64,000 bases of DNA from Dehalococcoidia bacterium (GCA_965205165.1 OZ242037.1:1637520-1701519); one strand, 5' to 3'. Counted from the stretch's first letter, positions 35,410 through 45,388 are shown. Made by a program: numbers and translations. Notes: generated by a model from the sequence alone, not told the origin.

Positions 35410-35802
35410 TTACTCCCCCGTCACTTCGGTGATGCTGTCGCGGCGGGTGATGGCGAGGTGGGTCATGGGGGAGCCGGTGTCGCCGGCGCCGTGCCAGTGC
35501 TCTTCGCCGGGGGGGATGATGGCGAAGTCGCCGGCGCTGATCACGCGCTCGCCTTCGGCGTTGCCGACTTTGCCGATGCCGGAGAGCACGTAGAGCATCT
35601 GCTCGCTGGAGTGGGTGTGGTTCTTGGTGCGCGCGCCTGCGCCGAACTGGACGACGGCGCAGTTGAAGTCCGCGTCGTCGCCGCCGTGCTGGCCGCCGAC
35701 CGCGCCGGCCAGCGGGCGCACCCAGACATCGCCGCCGGTGAAGATCTCGGCCTGCGCATGCGCGCTCTCGCCTTCGGAAGATCCGGTCGTTCGCATCTGC
35801 AT
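35410..35802 (-). CDS. cupin domain protein
   Basis: HTHSSEQMLYVLSG and IPPGEEHWHGA. Confidence 0.88.
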   Translation of the reverse strand: MQMRTTGSSEGESAHAQAEIFTGGDVWVRPLAGAVGGQHGGDDADFNCAVVQFGAGARTKNHTHSSEQMLYVLSGIGKVGNAEGERVISAGDFAIIPPGEEHWHGAGDTGSPMTHLAITRRDSITEVTGE

Positions 35803-35828
35803 TTCCTCCCTCGCGCCCGCGGGCGCTG

Positions 35829-36581
35829 CTAGCTGTTGGCCGCGATGAAGCGCTGGATGCGCTCCCACGCATCGGCGCAGGCGGCTTGGTGCTCGTCGTA
35901 GGAGCGGTCGAAGAACGAGTGCGGCGCGCCCTCGTAGGTGGTGAACTCGCGCTCGACGCCGGCGTCGGCCAGCGCGGCCTCGAACTTGGCCACCTCCTCC
36001 GCGGGGATACCCTCGTCGGCGCCGCCCATCAGGCCGATTACGGGGCACTCGATCTCCGCCGCCTTGGCCAGCGGCGCGGGGCCGCCGTTGAGCCCGTCGC
36101 GGGTCGGGTGCCCGTAGAAGCCGATCGCGCCGGCCAGCCCGTGCCCGGCCGCGGCTTGCAGCCAGGAGTTGGAGCCGCCGAAGCAGAAACCGACGGTGAA
36201 GACCGCGCGGCCGGGGTCGTCCGCGCGCAGCACGGCGGCAGCCGCGGCGGTATCGGCGCTGATCCCTTCCACCGTCGTGGCGCGGACATGCGGCCAGAAA
36301 TCGAACTCGGCGTCGCGCTTGGAGACGCCGGCGGTGCGCCCGAAGTAGTCGATTGCGACCGCCTCGACGCCGATCTCGGCGAACCGCAGCGCCAGCTCCT
36401 CGTAGAAGCGGAAGAGCCCGCGCACATCGGGCAGGATCACGATGCCCGCCCCGCCCGCGGCCTTGGCGTGGAAGGCGGCGAACTCCGCCCCATCCGACGC
36501 CCGCAGCGTCAGGTCTTCGGAATCGACGGCCGCGCCGGCGATCGGGGTGATCGCGGGCAGCGCTTCGTATCGGTGGCACAT
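35829..36581 (-). CDS. dienelactone hydrolase family
   Basis: GFCFGG nucleophile elbow, GGADEGI, APHSFFDR. Confidence 0.92.
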   Translation of the reverse strand: MCHRYEALPAITPIAGAAVDSEDLTLRASDGAEFAAFHAKAAGGAGIVILPDVRGLFRFYEELALRFAEIGVEAVAIDYFGRTAGVSKRDAEFDFWPHVRATTVEGISADTAAAAAVLRADDPGRAVFTVGFCFGGSNSWLQAAAGHGLAGAIGFYGHPTRDGLNGGPAPLAKAAEIECPVIGLMGGADEGIPAEEVAKFEAALADAGVEREFTTYEGAPHSFFDRSYDEHQAACADAWERIQRFIAANS

Positions 36582-36842
36582 GTCGTCAGCTCCCCTTCCG
36601 CCCATCCTGGGCAGAAGCAGGATAGCCGCGAGCGGCAGGCTGGGGCGTGGGGGAGCAGGCGGCGGCGTTCTCGACGCTGCGGCAGTCTGGGGTGATGACG
36701 CAGAACGAGGCGCGGCACCGGCTGGGGCTGCCACAGCAGAGATGTTGCGTCTACTCCGCGGGACGGCGGCGATGAGGCTGCTGCCGGCGGATAGCAGGAT
36801 GCTGTATCGTGGCTGGCGGCGGCCGGTCGCCGCCTAGAAAAG

Positions 36843-37451
36843 ATGGGAACAATGAGGCGACTCGCAACGCTGGGACTGCTGGCCGTGCTCGTGCTGAGCG
36901 CGGCGGGGATCGGCTTCGTAGTCGGTCAAAGCTCGACCGAAGAAGTGCGCGTCGTAGCGCGGAGCGTCAGTGACGGGCGCATTGAGTTCGGGATCGAGCA
37001 CGACGAGGAGCGCCTCCTGCCGACTGGCCGGTTTATGAACGCGGCGCAGATCGGGGCGCGAAACGACAGATGGCTGCGCTCGACGCCAGTGAACATTGAG
37101 GTCGGCGCAAGTGCTTCCTCCTCTAGCAGTTCAACATCATCGGAGGGCATGGCAAGCGTGTCGGGATCCGGGCCGGTCACGAAGCGCTTCGCCCTCTCGG
37201 CTGGAATCTACACCTGCGCTTTCAGCATTTCCGGCAACGACGACGACGGGCGTGCCACGTTTTTCTCGGCTCGACTGTACGACTCAGCGGGAGATTTCAA
37301 GTCTTTGGCAGGCGAAATCGCGTCGCAATGGTCGGGATCATCAGTGGTCCACGTAGGTGGAAGCAGCTGGACCGCGTTGACGCCTGGCACGATGCTCCTC
37401 GAGGTTGGGGACGCCGAACTTACTGCGCGCTGGCGGCTCGACTGCAACTAG
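36843..37451 (+). CDS. putative secreted/membrane-anchored protein
   Basis: N-terminal signal-like helix, Ser-rich linker and beta-rich C-domain; lower GC. Confidence 0.7.
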   Translation: MGTMRRLATLGLLAVLVLSAAGIGFVVGQSSTEEVRVVARSVSDGRIEFGIEHDEERLLPTGRFMNAAQIGARNDRWLRSTPVNIEVGASASSSSSSTSSEGMASVSGSGPVTKRFALSAGIYTCAFSISGNDDDGRATFFSARLYDSAGDFKSLAGEIASQWSGSSVVHVGGSSWTALTPGTMLLEVGDAELTARWRLDCN

Positions 37452-37505
37452 TGCCTGCAGGGGGCGCAGATCTCCGGTTTTCTCTAGCCGTCACACTGCG
37501 ACTGG

Positions 37506-38180
37506 CTAGCCTCGGCTGAGCGTAATTGCATCGTTCAGGGTCGTGGAGGTCGGCTGGTCGTCCTGCTGCTCGGCACTGTCGTCCTCTTCATCAATGCAGC
37601 CGGTACTGACCAGCGTGGCGCGGGTTCTCGGCGTCAGTAAAGCTTCGGCAGCCTCAACACTGCCGGCGGCGATAAGCCCGGGACTGAGAAGAGCGAATAG
37701 GTTGGCTACCTCATCTTCATCTTGCTGCCGAGCGAACTCGATATACGTTTGCAAGGCCCCGCGCCAAGTGCGATGGAAAGTTAAGAGCGCCGCTTCGTCG
37801 GGGATCTGACCTTCAATACGGCGGTACTCGTCTGCTCTGACTTGAAGGCTATCCTCTAATTCGCCCCAAGTTGCGCCGAGCAGTTCATCGCCAGAACTGT
37901 TGTTGATGTCACCACACCAGCGAGCGTACTCGGCGACCGTCATCCTGCTCTCCCCGCTGCAAGCGGCCGCGAGGCTGGCGAAGATGATCAGGGCGAAGGC
38001 GGCGATCCAGTGGCTGGGCGTTGCGGGCCTGTTCCCTACTGGCTTAGCGCGACGGCTTTGGCTTGAAGGCTGTGGGCTTGGATGCTGCCAAGTGCCCGGC
38101 GGTCCCGGACTGTTCTGAATCTGGGGTACCCCCGAAGCCAAGCGAGTGGTGAACATGATGGGGCGCTCAGGCTTCCGCAT
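37506..38180 (-). CDS. putative lipoprotein (start uncertain)
   Basis: WIAAFALIIFASLAAAC lipobox-like segment followed by a helical domain; lower GC. Confidence 0.55.
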   Translation of the reverse strand: MRKPERPIMFTTRLASGVPQIQNSPGPPGTWQHPSPQPSSQSRRAKPVGNRPATPSHWIAAFALIIFASLAAACSGESRMTVAEYARWCGDINNSSGDELLGATWGELEDSLQVRADEYRRIEGQIPDEAALLTFHRTWRGALQTYIEFARQQDEDEVANLFALLSPGLIAAGSVEAAEALLTPRTRATLVSTGCIDEEDDSAEQQDDQPTSTTLNDAITLSRG

Positions 38181-38230
38181 GGGCAGAGGGTAAGTACGGG
38201 CTTGCGGCTGTGTCAAGCCCCTTGGCTGGG

Positions 38231-39487
38231 CTAGAGGATTCCCGCTTCGCGGAGGGCGGTTAGGTCTGCGGGGGGGATTTGGAGGAGCTCGGTGAAGACG
38301 TAGGGGTCGTGTTCGCCGCGGTTGGCTACGGGGGCGGTGATGGCGGCGGGGGTGCGGGGGAACTTCCAGGGGGCGCCGATGTAGAGGGCGCCGCGGATGG
38401 GGGCGGCGGCTTCGGCGGAGAGGTCGATTGCGGCGGTGCAGAGGGCGGTGAAGTCTTCTTCGACCAGCAGTTGTTCGGGGCCGCAGAAGCGGGCGGCGGG
38501 GACGCCGGCGGACTGCAGGCGCTCGGCCAGCTCGGCGGCGTCCTGCGTGCGCGTCCACTCGGAGACTGCGGCGTCGAGGTCGTCCTGCGCCTTGAGGCGG
38601 GTTAGTCCGCGCTGCCAGCGGGGGTCGGCCAGGGCGGCGTCCGCGCCGTCTTCGCGGGCGGCGGCAAGCAGGGCGTCCCACTCGGCGTCCGTGCGGGCGG
38701 CGATGGCGATCCACTCGTCCTCGCCGGCGCAGGGGTATGCGCCGTGCGGGGCGATCCCGCGCTCGCGGTTGCCCTGCGGGCCGGCCGCGCGGCCGTTCAT
38801 CAGGTAGTCCATCAGCGGTTCCGCGGCGCGCTGCAGGGTCGCCTCGCCCTGCGCGAGGTCGATGAACTGGCCCTCGCCGGTGCGCTCGCGGTGCTCCAGC
38901 GCGGCCAGCACGGCGACCATCGCGTGGCCGGCGGCGGTCGGGTCGAGGTCGGCCGTGTCCTCGCGCGGCTGCGGATCGTCGGCGTAGCCCAGCAGGCTCT
39001 TGAGCCCGTAGAGCGCGGCCAGCGAGGGGCCGTAGGTCACCAGATCGCGCCAGGGCGCGTCCGTCGCGCCGGTCGCCGAGAGCGAGATCATGATCAATCG
39101 CGGGTTGACCTCGCGCAGCGCCTCCCAGCCGAGCCCGAGCGACGGCATCACCCGCGGCGAGAAGTTCTCCAGCACGATGTCGGAAACGGCGACGAGCCGC
39201 TTGTAGACCTCGACCCCGCGCGGATCGCCCAAGTGGATCGAGACCGACATCTTGCCCCGGTCCAGCCCGTGGAACGCGCGCGGATCATCGGCGGGCGTCG
39301 CTCCGCGGTCGCCCCCGATGTTCCCCACCGGCGTCCGCTGCGACCCCATCGAGACCCCCGACCGCCGATGCGGCGGCCCGACCTTGATCACCTCCGCGCC
39401 AAGGTCCGCCAAGAACATCCCCAGCAGAGGCCCCGCCCAGACATGCCCCTGATCAACGACGCGGACGCCCTCGAGGATGCGGGTCAT
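38231..39487 (-). CDS. CaiB/BaiF family CoA-transferase
   Basis: VWAGPLLGMFLADLGAEVIKV, ENFSPRVM, GEGQFIDLAQ. Confidence 0.92.
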   Translation of the reverse strand: MTRILEGVRVVDQGHVWAGPLLGMFLADLGAEVIKVGPPHRRSGVSMGSQRTPVGNIGGDRGATPADDPRAFHGLDRGKMSVSIHLGDPRGVEVYKRLVAVSDIVLENFSPRVMPSLGLGWEALREVNPRLIMISLSATGATDAPWRDLVTYGPSLAALYGLKSLLGYADDPQPREDTADLDPTAAGHAMVAVLAALEHRERTGEGQFIDLAQGEATLQRAAEPLMDYLMNGRAAGPQGNRERGIAPHGAYPCAGEDEWIAIAARTDAEWDALLAAAREDGADAALADPRWQRGLTRLKAQDDLDAAVSEWTRTQDAAELAERLQSAGVPAARFCGPEQLLVEEDFTALCTAAIDLSAEAAAPIRGALYIGAPWKFPRTPAAITAPVANRGEHDPYVFTELLQIPPADLTALREAGIL

Positions 39488-40035
39488 TCGGCCCCGTCAC
39501 TCTCCGGAGCCGTCCATTGGTGCGTGGCTTCCCCGTCTTCGATCAGGAGCAGGAGCGTCGCGTTCTCACGGACCCATCCTGCCGACACTTGTCGGCGGAA
39601 TCTCTGCTGGCTCTGTGTGGAGTACGGGTTTTCCGCTTCCCAAGCGGCGAAGTGCTCTTCAAGATCGGTGCCGGTGCAGTACCAGACTTCGACTCTGGAC
39701 AACTCCTCCCAGTACCAGATTAGGATGTGTCCTGCCCGCCGGTCAGCCGCGAACTTGTCTTGCCAAGAATCCCGGTGGTACTGGTACTCGAATGATCCTC
39801 GATCGCGGGCCGACTTGACTTCGAACTCGCCCAAGTCTGGACCGGAGTGGCTTGTCGTTCCTTGTTGCCGAAACAGGATCGCAGCGAAAACCTCCCAGTC
39901 TTCGGCCATGATCATCATGCGTGGTTTGAGGCCTTGCTTGTCGAAGAGTCGCCTTCGGCCCTGCAAGGGCCCGTACATGTAGGCGTGGAAGTAGATCAGC
40001 GCCGCTTGCACGTCCAGCGTTTCGGGCAGCGGCAT
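39484..40035 (-). CDS. putative type II restriction endonuclease (PD-(D/E)xK)
   Basis: GPDLGEFEVKS motif; last gene of the dcm-vsr cassette; lower GC. Confidence 0.65.
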   Translation of the reverse strand: MPLPETLDVQAALIYFHAYMYGPLQGRRRLFDKQGLKPRMMIMAEDWEVFAAILFRQQGTTSHSGPDLGEFEVKSARDRGSFEYQYHRDSWQDKFAADRRAGHILIWYWEELSRVEVWYCTGTDLEEHFAAWEAENPYSTQSQQRFRRQVSAGWVRENATLLLLIEDGEATHQWTAPESDGAE

Positions 40036-40037
40036 GG

Positions 40038-40505
40038 CTAGCGCCTCAGCAGTTCGACGCCGGGCGGGCGGTAGCCGCGGAACTGGGCGTTGCAGGCGCG
40101 CTCGACGTAGGCCCCGACTTGCTCAAGGCGCTCCTTCACGGCGCGATCCGTGACGCGGATCACGGTCCAGCCGCGCAGCGTCAGCAGGAAGTTGACGTGG
40201 CGGTCGCGCTCCATGTTGCGGTGGATTTTGCGCTGCCAATATTGCGACATCTCGGCAAGCCGTTCCGGGCTCAGGCTCTTGCCGTGCCAGAATTCGCCAT
40301 CCACGAAGATGGCGATCTTCTTGCTCACGAACGCGATGTCCGGCCTGCCGGCGGCGCCGGCGTAGTCGAGCCGGTAGCGGAGGCCGCGACGGGACAGCTC
40401 GCGGCGGAGCGCCAGTTCGGGCTTGGTGTCCCGCCGGCGGATGCGGCTCATCACCTCCGATCGCTCGGCCGGCGTGAACATGTCGCGGCGCACAGCGGTG
40501 GTCAT
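40038..40505 (-). CDS. vsr: very short patch repair endonuclease
   Basis: RSEVMSRIRRRDTKPELALR, PDIAF, FVDGEFWHG, W..KI.RN.ERD. Confidence 0.95.
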   Translation of the reverse strand: MTTAVRRDMFTPAERSEVMSRIRRRDTKPELALRRELSRRGLRYRLDYAGAAGRPDIAFVSKKIAIFVDGEFWHGKSLSPERLAEMSQYWQRKIHRNMERDRHVNFLLTLRGWTVIRVTDRAVKERLEQVGAYVERACNAQFRGYRPPGVELLRR

Positions 40506-40507
40506 CG

Positions 40508-41698
40508 TCAACTGCCCGCCGCGTAGGCGGCACCTTCGGGCTCGGCGAACCGCGTTTGCAGGCCGTCGGCCTCGACTGCTTCACGCGTGAGATGGGCGAA
40601 TGCGTGCCGTGCGAGCCACGTCACCGCCGGCACGCAGACCGCATCGCCGAACCCCATCTGCGCCTGCCGGTCGCCGACGTTGATCGGGAACCCCGTCGCG
40701 CCTTGCAGTCGCGCGTACTCGCGGCCGGTGAGGGGACGGATGCGGGGTTCGCCGCTGCGGCAATCGACCAGGAATTGCACGCTGCTGCCGCCCTGCGGCG
40801 TCCGCAGGCAGCCCGCGATCTTGTCGCCGCGCACTTCGCCCACGGTCTTGCCGCGCCGCCGGCGCCGGAACAGGGTGGCGACCCCGCCGCGCTGCCGCTT
40901 GAGGAGCGCATCAACCCGCTCGCGGTGCGTCGGCGCCATGCTCGCCAACATCGCCTCCGTCTGCTCCGCAGGCCACCATCGCTCGTCGTCCGGTTCCACG
41001 TCCTGAAGCACGGAAGCCAGCGTTTCCCTAGCGCGCGCAGGCGGTTCGGGGATGTCGAGCTCGATGAAGGGCAGATGGCGGTGCGCGGCTTGGAATCGCC
41101 GCACTCCGCGCGTGCGCGTGCGGCTGACCTGATCGGTCGCGGGGAGCCAAGGCAGGTTCTCGTGTTGACGCACCGCCATCACGAACAGGCGCGGGCGACT
41201 CTGCGGCGTGAACCAGCGCGCGTCCACCACGGCCAAGTCCAGCGAGTAGCCGAGCGCGGCGACTCGATCGCAGACTTCGGAGAGGTCCCGCCCGCCGTGC
41301 GAGGTGAGGAAGCCCGTCACGTTTTCGAGCAGCAGCGCTTCCGGCGCGGCGCCGCGGGCGCACTGCTCCTCGACCAGATCGAGGAACGGCCAGATCGCCC
41401 CGGAGTGCTCGCCCGCGAGTCCGGCGCGGTTGCCGGCCAGCGAGAGGTCGATGCAGGGGAACGAGGCGGTCATCAGCTCGACGTCGTCGGGGACGTCCCC
41501 GATGGTCAGATCGTTGATGTCCGCGACCGCCAAGTCGTCCGCGCCGAACCGCCCGCGGTACATCTCGGCCTTGCCTTCCGCGATGTCGTTCGCGAACGCG
41601 CACTCCCAGCCAAGCGGCTCAAGCGCCTCCCGCACGAGCCCGATCCCCGCGAAGAACTCCGCGAATCGCGGCAATGTGCTGCTCCCGCGTCGTTGCAC
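40508..41698 (-). CDS. dcm: DNA (cytosine-5)-methyltransferase
   Basis: FFAGIG (I), SFPC (IV), LENV (VI), PQSRPR (VIII), REYARLQG and GDAV (IX-X). Confidence 0.95.
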   Translation of the reverse strand: MQRRGSSTLPRFAEFFAGIGLVREALEPLGWECAFANDIAEGKAEMYRGRFGADDLAVADINDLTIGDVPDDVELMTASFPCIDLSLAGNRAGLAGEHSGAIWPFLDLVEEQCARGAAPEALLLENVTGFLTSHGGRDLSEVCDRVAALGYSLDLAVVDARWFTPQSRPRLFVMAVRQHENLPWLPATDQVSRTRTRGVRRFQAAHRHLPFIELDIPEPPARARETLASVLQDVEPDDERWWPAEQTEAMLASMAPTHRERVDALLKRQRGGVATLFRRRRRGKTVGEVRGDKIAGCLRTPQGGSSVQFLVDCRSGEPRIRPLTGREYARLQGATGFPINVGDRQAQMGFGDAVCVPAVTWLARHAFAHLTREAVEADGLQTRFAEPEGAAYAAGS

Positions 41699-41780
41699 GT
41701 GCGCGCCTACGCGCCCCGGCGATGCCTGAATGCTAGTGGTCGCGGCGTTCGGGCATCGGGGGCAACGCTAGCCTTTGGGG

Positions 41781-42611
41781 ATGCGGGTGACGTTTTGCGG
41801 GACGGGGGCCGGAGGGTCGGTCAATCCGCGGCGGGGGAACTCGTCGCTGCACTTGGCGGTGGACGGGTTCGAGGCGCTGCTGGACACGGGGCCGGGGTTC
41901 ATGGAGCGGATGGCGGCGGCCTCGCTCGACCCCAACGCGGTGCGGGCGGTGCTGTTCTCGCACCTGCACTTCGACCACGCGGCGGGCATCGTCGAGCTGC
42001 TGACCCGGACCATCATCCACACCGGGCCGCCGCCGCGCGCGTACGGGCCGCGGGGGACGGACGAGTACGTCGCCTCGGCGCTCGCCTTCGCACGGCTCAA
42101 CGCGACGCGGCCGGAGAACCACGAGTGGCTGGACGGCGTGTCGGTCGCGTTGACGCGGCCGGGCGACGAGCGCGAGATCGGGCCGCTCGCGGTCGAATCG
42201 CGCGAGGTGCCGCACGTCGATTACCTGGAATGCCTGGCGCGGCGAATCCGCTGCGGCGGGCGGACGCTGGTCTACAGCGGCGACACGGCCAGCGCGCCCG
42301 AGGTGCTGGCGCCGCTGGCCGAGGGCGCGGACCTGCTGATCCACGAGGCGTTCACGGAGTCGGCGCTGCGGCGGACGGCCGATGCGGCGGCGATGCCGCC
42401 CGAGCGGGCCGACGGCTTCTTCGCCGCGATCCGCGGCACGCACTCCAGCGCGGCCGATGCGGCGCGGATCGCGCGCGAGGCGGGGGTGCCGCGGCTCGCG
42501 CTCACCCATCTGCTGGCGGCCGAGCGCGACGAGGAGCTGGCCGCGGAGGCGCGGAGCGAGTTCGACGGCGAGGTGATCGTGGCCGCGGACGGCCTGGCGC
42601 TGGAGGTCTGA
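41781..42611 (+). CDS. MBL-fold metallohydrolase (RNase Z-like)
   Basis: SHLHFDH, YSGDT, LIHEA, LALTH. Confidence 0.88.
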   Translation: MRVTFCGTGAGGSVNPRRGNSSLHLAVDGFEALLDTGPGFMERMAAASLDPNAVRAVLFSHLHFDHAAGIVELLTRTIIHTGPPPRAYGPRGTDEYVASALAFARLNATRPENHEWLDGVSVALTRPGDEREIGPLAVESREVPHVDYLECLARRIRCGGRTLVYSGDTASAPEVLAPLAEGADLLIHEAFTESALRRTADAAAMPPERADGFFAAIRGTHSSAADAARIAREAGVPRLALTHLLAAERDEELAAEARSEFDGEVIVAADGLALEV

Positions 42612-42614
42612 GCG

Positions 42615-42974
42615 GTGGAGGTGCGCGAGTTCACGGTGATGGTCGGCACCGATCAGCCCGATGCGCTGGCCCGCTTCTACGGTGAGGTGCTCGGCCTGCC
42701 GCGCATCGGCAAGTACCGCGATCCCGTCTTCGCGGCGGCCGGCGGGTTCATCCGCATCCTCGATCATTCGGAGATCAGCGGGCCCACCCGCGAGCCGGCG
42801 CGGGCGCAGATCAACCTGTTCGTCGACGATGTGGAGACGGAGTTCGCGCGCATCGCCGGGCACGGGGTCGACGTCCTGCGCGAGCCGGAGCGCGAGTCCT
42901 GGGGCGGCCTGGTGGCGACGCTGCGGGATCCGGACGGGAACTACGTGCAGCTGCTGGAGTTGCTGCGGGACTGA
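42615..42974 (+). CDS. VOC/glyoxalase family protein
   Basis: FYGEVLGL...ESWGG...LRDPDGNYVQL. Confidence 0.88.
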   Translation: MEVREFTVMVGTDQPDALARFYGEVLGLPRIGKYRDPVFAAAGGFIRILDHSEISGPTREPARAQINLFVDDVETEFARIAGHGVDVLREPERESWGGLVATLRDPDGNYVQLLELLRD

Positions 42975-42977
42975 GGC

Positions 42978-43871
42978 TCAGCCGCCCGCGGCCGCGCCGG
43001 CGGCGACGGGTTCGGGGGCGATCTCGTCGGCCGCGATCACGGCCATGTCGTCGTCGCCGAGGTCGCCCAGCTCGCCGCGGCGGTAGGCGTCGTAGAGCTC
43101 GAACAGTTCGCGCTTGTGCGGGCGCTTGCGCCCGATCGGGCAGGCGGCCCAGGCGTCGTAGTCCTCGTCGCAGTAGCCCATGCGGCGCTCGCCGCACTTG
43201 GGCTGGAGCTGGCGGCCGAGTTCGGGGGCGACGCGGATCACCTCGGCGCGCATCAGCGAGACGACCTTGCGGAACTCCCATTGGGCGCGTGTGCAGAGGC
43301 GCAGGTCGGCGATGTGCAGCAGCGAGGCGAAGTTGACCATGATCTTGAAGTTGGTCGAGGTCGCGTTGGGCAGCAGGAAGCGGGCGTCCTCGGCCGGCAC
43401 GCCGGCGTCAACCATGCGCTCGTAGAGCGCGCCGGCTTGGGCGAACAGCGCCGTCATCTCGTCGCGCAGGCCGGCCCGCTCGACCGTGCGCGGGACCGCG
43501 TAGGGGAAGTCGCCGCCGCCGTAGGTGACGTAGCGCTGGGACTGCTGCTCGAATGAGATGCCGATGCGGTGGCGCACGAACTGGTGGCTGAAGGCGCGGG
43601 AGACGCCGGAGATGCCGAACTCGAAGACGACCTGTTCGAGCGGCGACATGTGGCCGGTCAGCAGGCGCGCCTCGATGAACTCCAGCATCTGCGCGCGGGG
43701 GATGCGCTCGTCCTCGATCCGCGCCAGCACCTGCTCCGGGGTGAGCGCGGAGTAGCAGACGCGGTAGGCCATGTAGAGGGCGCGGATCGGGTCTTCGGTG
43801 TGGTCGATCAGCTGGACGCGGATGCCGTCGGCACCGGAGGCGGCGCGGCCGTTGCCGGGTTCAGCTGCCAT
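42978..43871 (-). CDS. thyX: FAD-dependent thymidylate synthase
   Basis: GHMSPLEQ, RHRIGISFEQQSQRY, EDARFLLP, RAQWEFR; start uncertain. Confidence 0.93.
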   Translation of the reverse strand: MAAEPGNGRAASGADGIRVQLIDHTEDPIRALYMAYRVCYSALTPEQVLARIEDERIPRAQMLEFIEARLLTGHMSPLEQVVFEFGISGVSRAFSHQFVRHRIGISFEQQSQRYVTYGGGDFPYAVPRTVERAGLRDEMTALFAQAGALYERMVDAGVPAEDARFLLPNATSTNFKIMVNFASLLHIADLRLCTRAQWEFRKVVSLMRAEVIRVAPELGRQLQPKCGERRMGYCDEDYDAWAACPIGRKRPHKRELFELYDAYRRGELGDLGDDDMAVIAADEIAPEPVAAGAAAGG

Positions 43872-43991
43872 CTGGTCCGGGCCGCTTCCTTGCATCGCTC
43901 GCGGAGGGCGCATTCTAGACATAAGCGCGCAGGCGGCCCGGATGCTACGCGCCCGCGAAGGAGCGGCGCTCAGGCGAGCCTCGCCGCGGCG

Positions 43992-44417
43992 CTAGTTGAA
44001 GGTGGTGTCGATCTTCGAGCTGGCGTCGAAGAAGTCCTGCAGGGTCTGGTTGAAGCGGTAGAAGAGGTCGCGCCGCGTGTAGTCGCTGCCCTTGGCCAGC
44101 TCTTCGGGCGATTCCAAGTCGATCGTGTTGAGCGTGTGGTGCAGGTCGGCGTGGCCGTTGGAGGCGATGTTCTCCAGCATCTCGCGCCAGCGCTCGGTCG
44201 GCATCACCAGCGTGAAGTCGAGGTCGGCCTCCTCCTCCGCGCCCGAGACGTCCGCGATCTCCGGGATTTCGTAGCCGTCGAAGACGATCTTGATCGTGGT
44301 GTCGCCGACGTTGACGCCCATCGCGCAGTCCATCATGCCGAAGCTGCGCCATTCGGGGTCGGCCAGCATCTGCTCGCGCAGCGATTCGAACCACTCGATG
44401 GATGGGAATGCGGGCAT
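43992..44417 (-). CDS. conserved hypothetical protein (possibly SCP2-like)
   Basis: MPAFPSIEWF start, host-like codon usage and GAGG RBS. Confidence 0.75.
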   Translation of the reverse strand: MPAFPSIEWFESLREQMLADPEWRSFGMMDCAMGVNVGDTTIKIVFDGYEIPEIADVSGAEEEADLDFTLVMPTERWREMLENIASNGHADLHHTLNTIDLESPEELAKGSDYTRRDLFYRFNQTLQDFFDASSKIDTTFN

Positions 44418-44568
44418 GCTCGTCCTCGCGGAATCTTCAGGCGGGTGCTTGGGTGCATCATACGCCCCGATCGGGCGCGCGGATTCCGGCCGGCCGCGGC
44501 CGCGTGTTCCGCGCAGCCCGCGGGCGTCCTACCTTGAGTCCGCGCCCGCCGGGCGCGGAGGAGCCGGG

Positions 44569-45018
44569 ATGGCGGAGGCGAGCCCGATCCGCGTGGTCAG
44601 CTGGGCCGAGGCGGCGGAGCTGGCGCGCAAGATGGCGGCGCGGATCGACGCGGCCGCGCACCGCGTCTACGGCATCCCGCGCGGCGGCACCTACGTCGCC
44701 GCGATGCTCGCGGCCAACGGCGTGCCGATCGCGGCGAGCCCGGCCGAGGCGACGATGCTGGTCGACGACATCATCGATTCGGGCCGCACGGCGCGGGTCT
44801 GGCACGCGGAGCACGGCTTGGAGACGATCGCGCTGTTCGACCGCGAACGCGACGGGGCCGGGCCGCGCGACTGGATCGAGTTCCCCTGGGAGATCGGCGG
44901 CATCCGCCGCGACTCGATCGACACGATCACGCGGCTGCTGCAGCAGATCGGCGATGATCCATCGCGTCTGGACGTGCCCGACAGCCTGCTGGACGACCTG
45001 CGCGCCGCGCTGGGCTGA
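44569..45018 (+). CDS. type I phosphoribosyltransferase-like protein
   Basis: VYGIPRGG, LVDDIIDSGRT (PRPP loop), WIEFPWE (Gpt-like); GGAGG RBS. Confidence 0.8.
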   Translation: MAEASPIRVVSWAEAAELARKMAARIDAAAHRVYGIPRGGTYVAAMLAANGVPIAASPAEATMLVDDIIDSGRTARVWHAEHGLETIALFDRERDGAGPRDWIEFPWEIGGIRRDSIDTITRLLQQIGDDPSRLDVPDSLLDDLRAALG

Positions 45019-45080
45019 GCCGTTTTTCCAGCGCGCCCGCACCTGCGGATCGACCGGGCGGCAGAGGGATCGGGCGGCGC

Positions 45081-45145
45081 TTGACATCGCCTGTGCATTT
45101 CTTCACAATGTTCGGCGCGACCAGAGTCTGTGCGGGATTTCACAA
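45081..45145 (+). promoter_or_regulatory. sigma70-like promoter with two Rex/CRP-type palindromes
   Basis: TTGACA-17 bp-CACAAT, with cTGTGcAtttcTTCACAA (45091-45108) and cTGTGcgggatTTCACAA (45128-45145). Confidence 0.65.
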
Positions 45146-45178
45146 TCTCGCGCCCGCCACGAAAAGGAAGATGCCGGC

Positions 45179-45388
45179 ATGCCCGTCACTCCCCCCTCAT
45201 CCTGCCCCCGCTGCACCGGCACCATGCTGACCGAGTCGGACGCGAACAGCGTCTACGCATCCTGCCTCGCATGCGGGTACGTCTACGAGGCCAACATCAT
45301 CTCCGTCTTCGAACTCGAGGCCGAACAGGCCGTCGAAGAGGGCCGGCAGCGCCGCCGCCAGCCGTCGCACGGCAAGCTCCGCCTCTAA
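45179..45388 (+). CDS. small zinc-ribbon protein
   Basis: CPRC...CLACG with basic tail RRRQPSHGKLRL; AAGGAAG RBS. Confidence 0.8.
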   Translation: MPVTPPSSCPRCTGTMLTESDANSVYASCLACGYVYEANIISVFELEAEQAVEEGRQRRRQPSHGKLRL

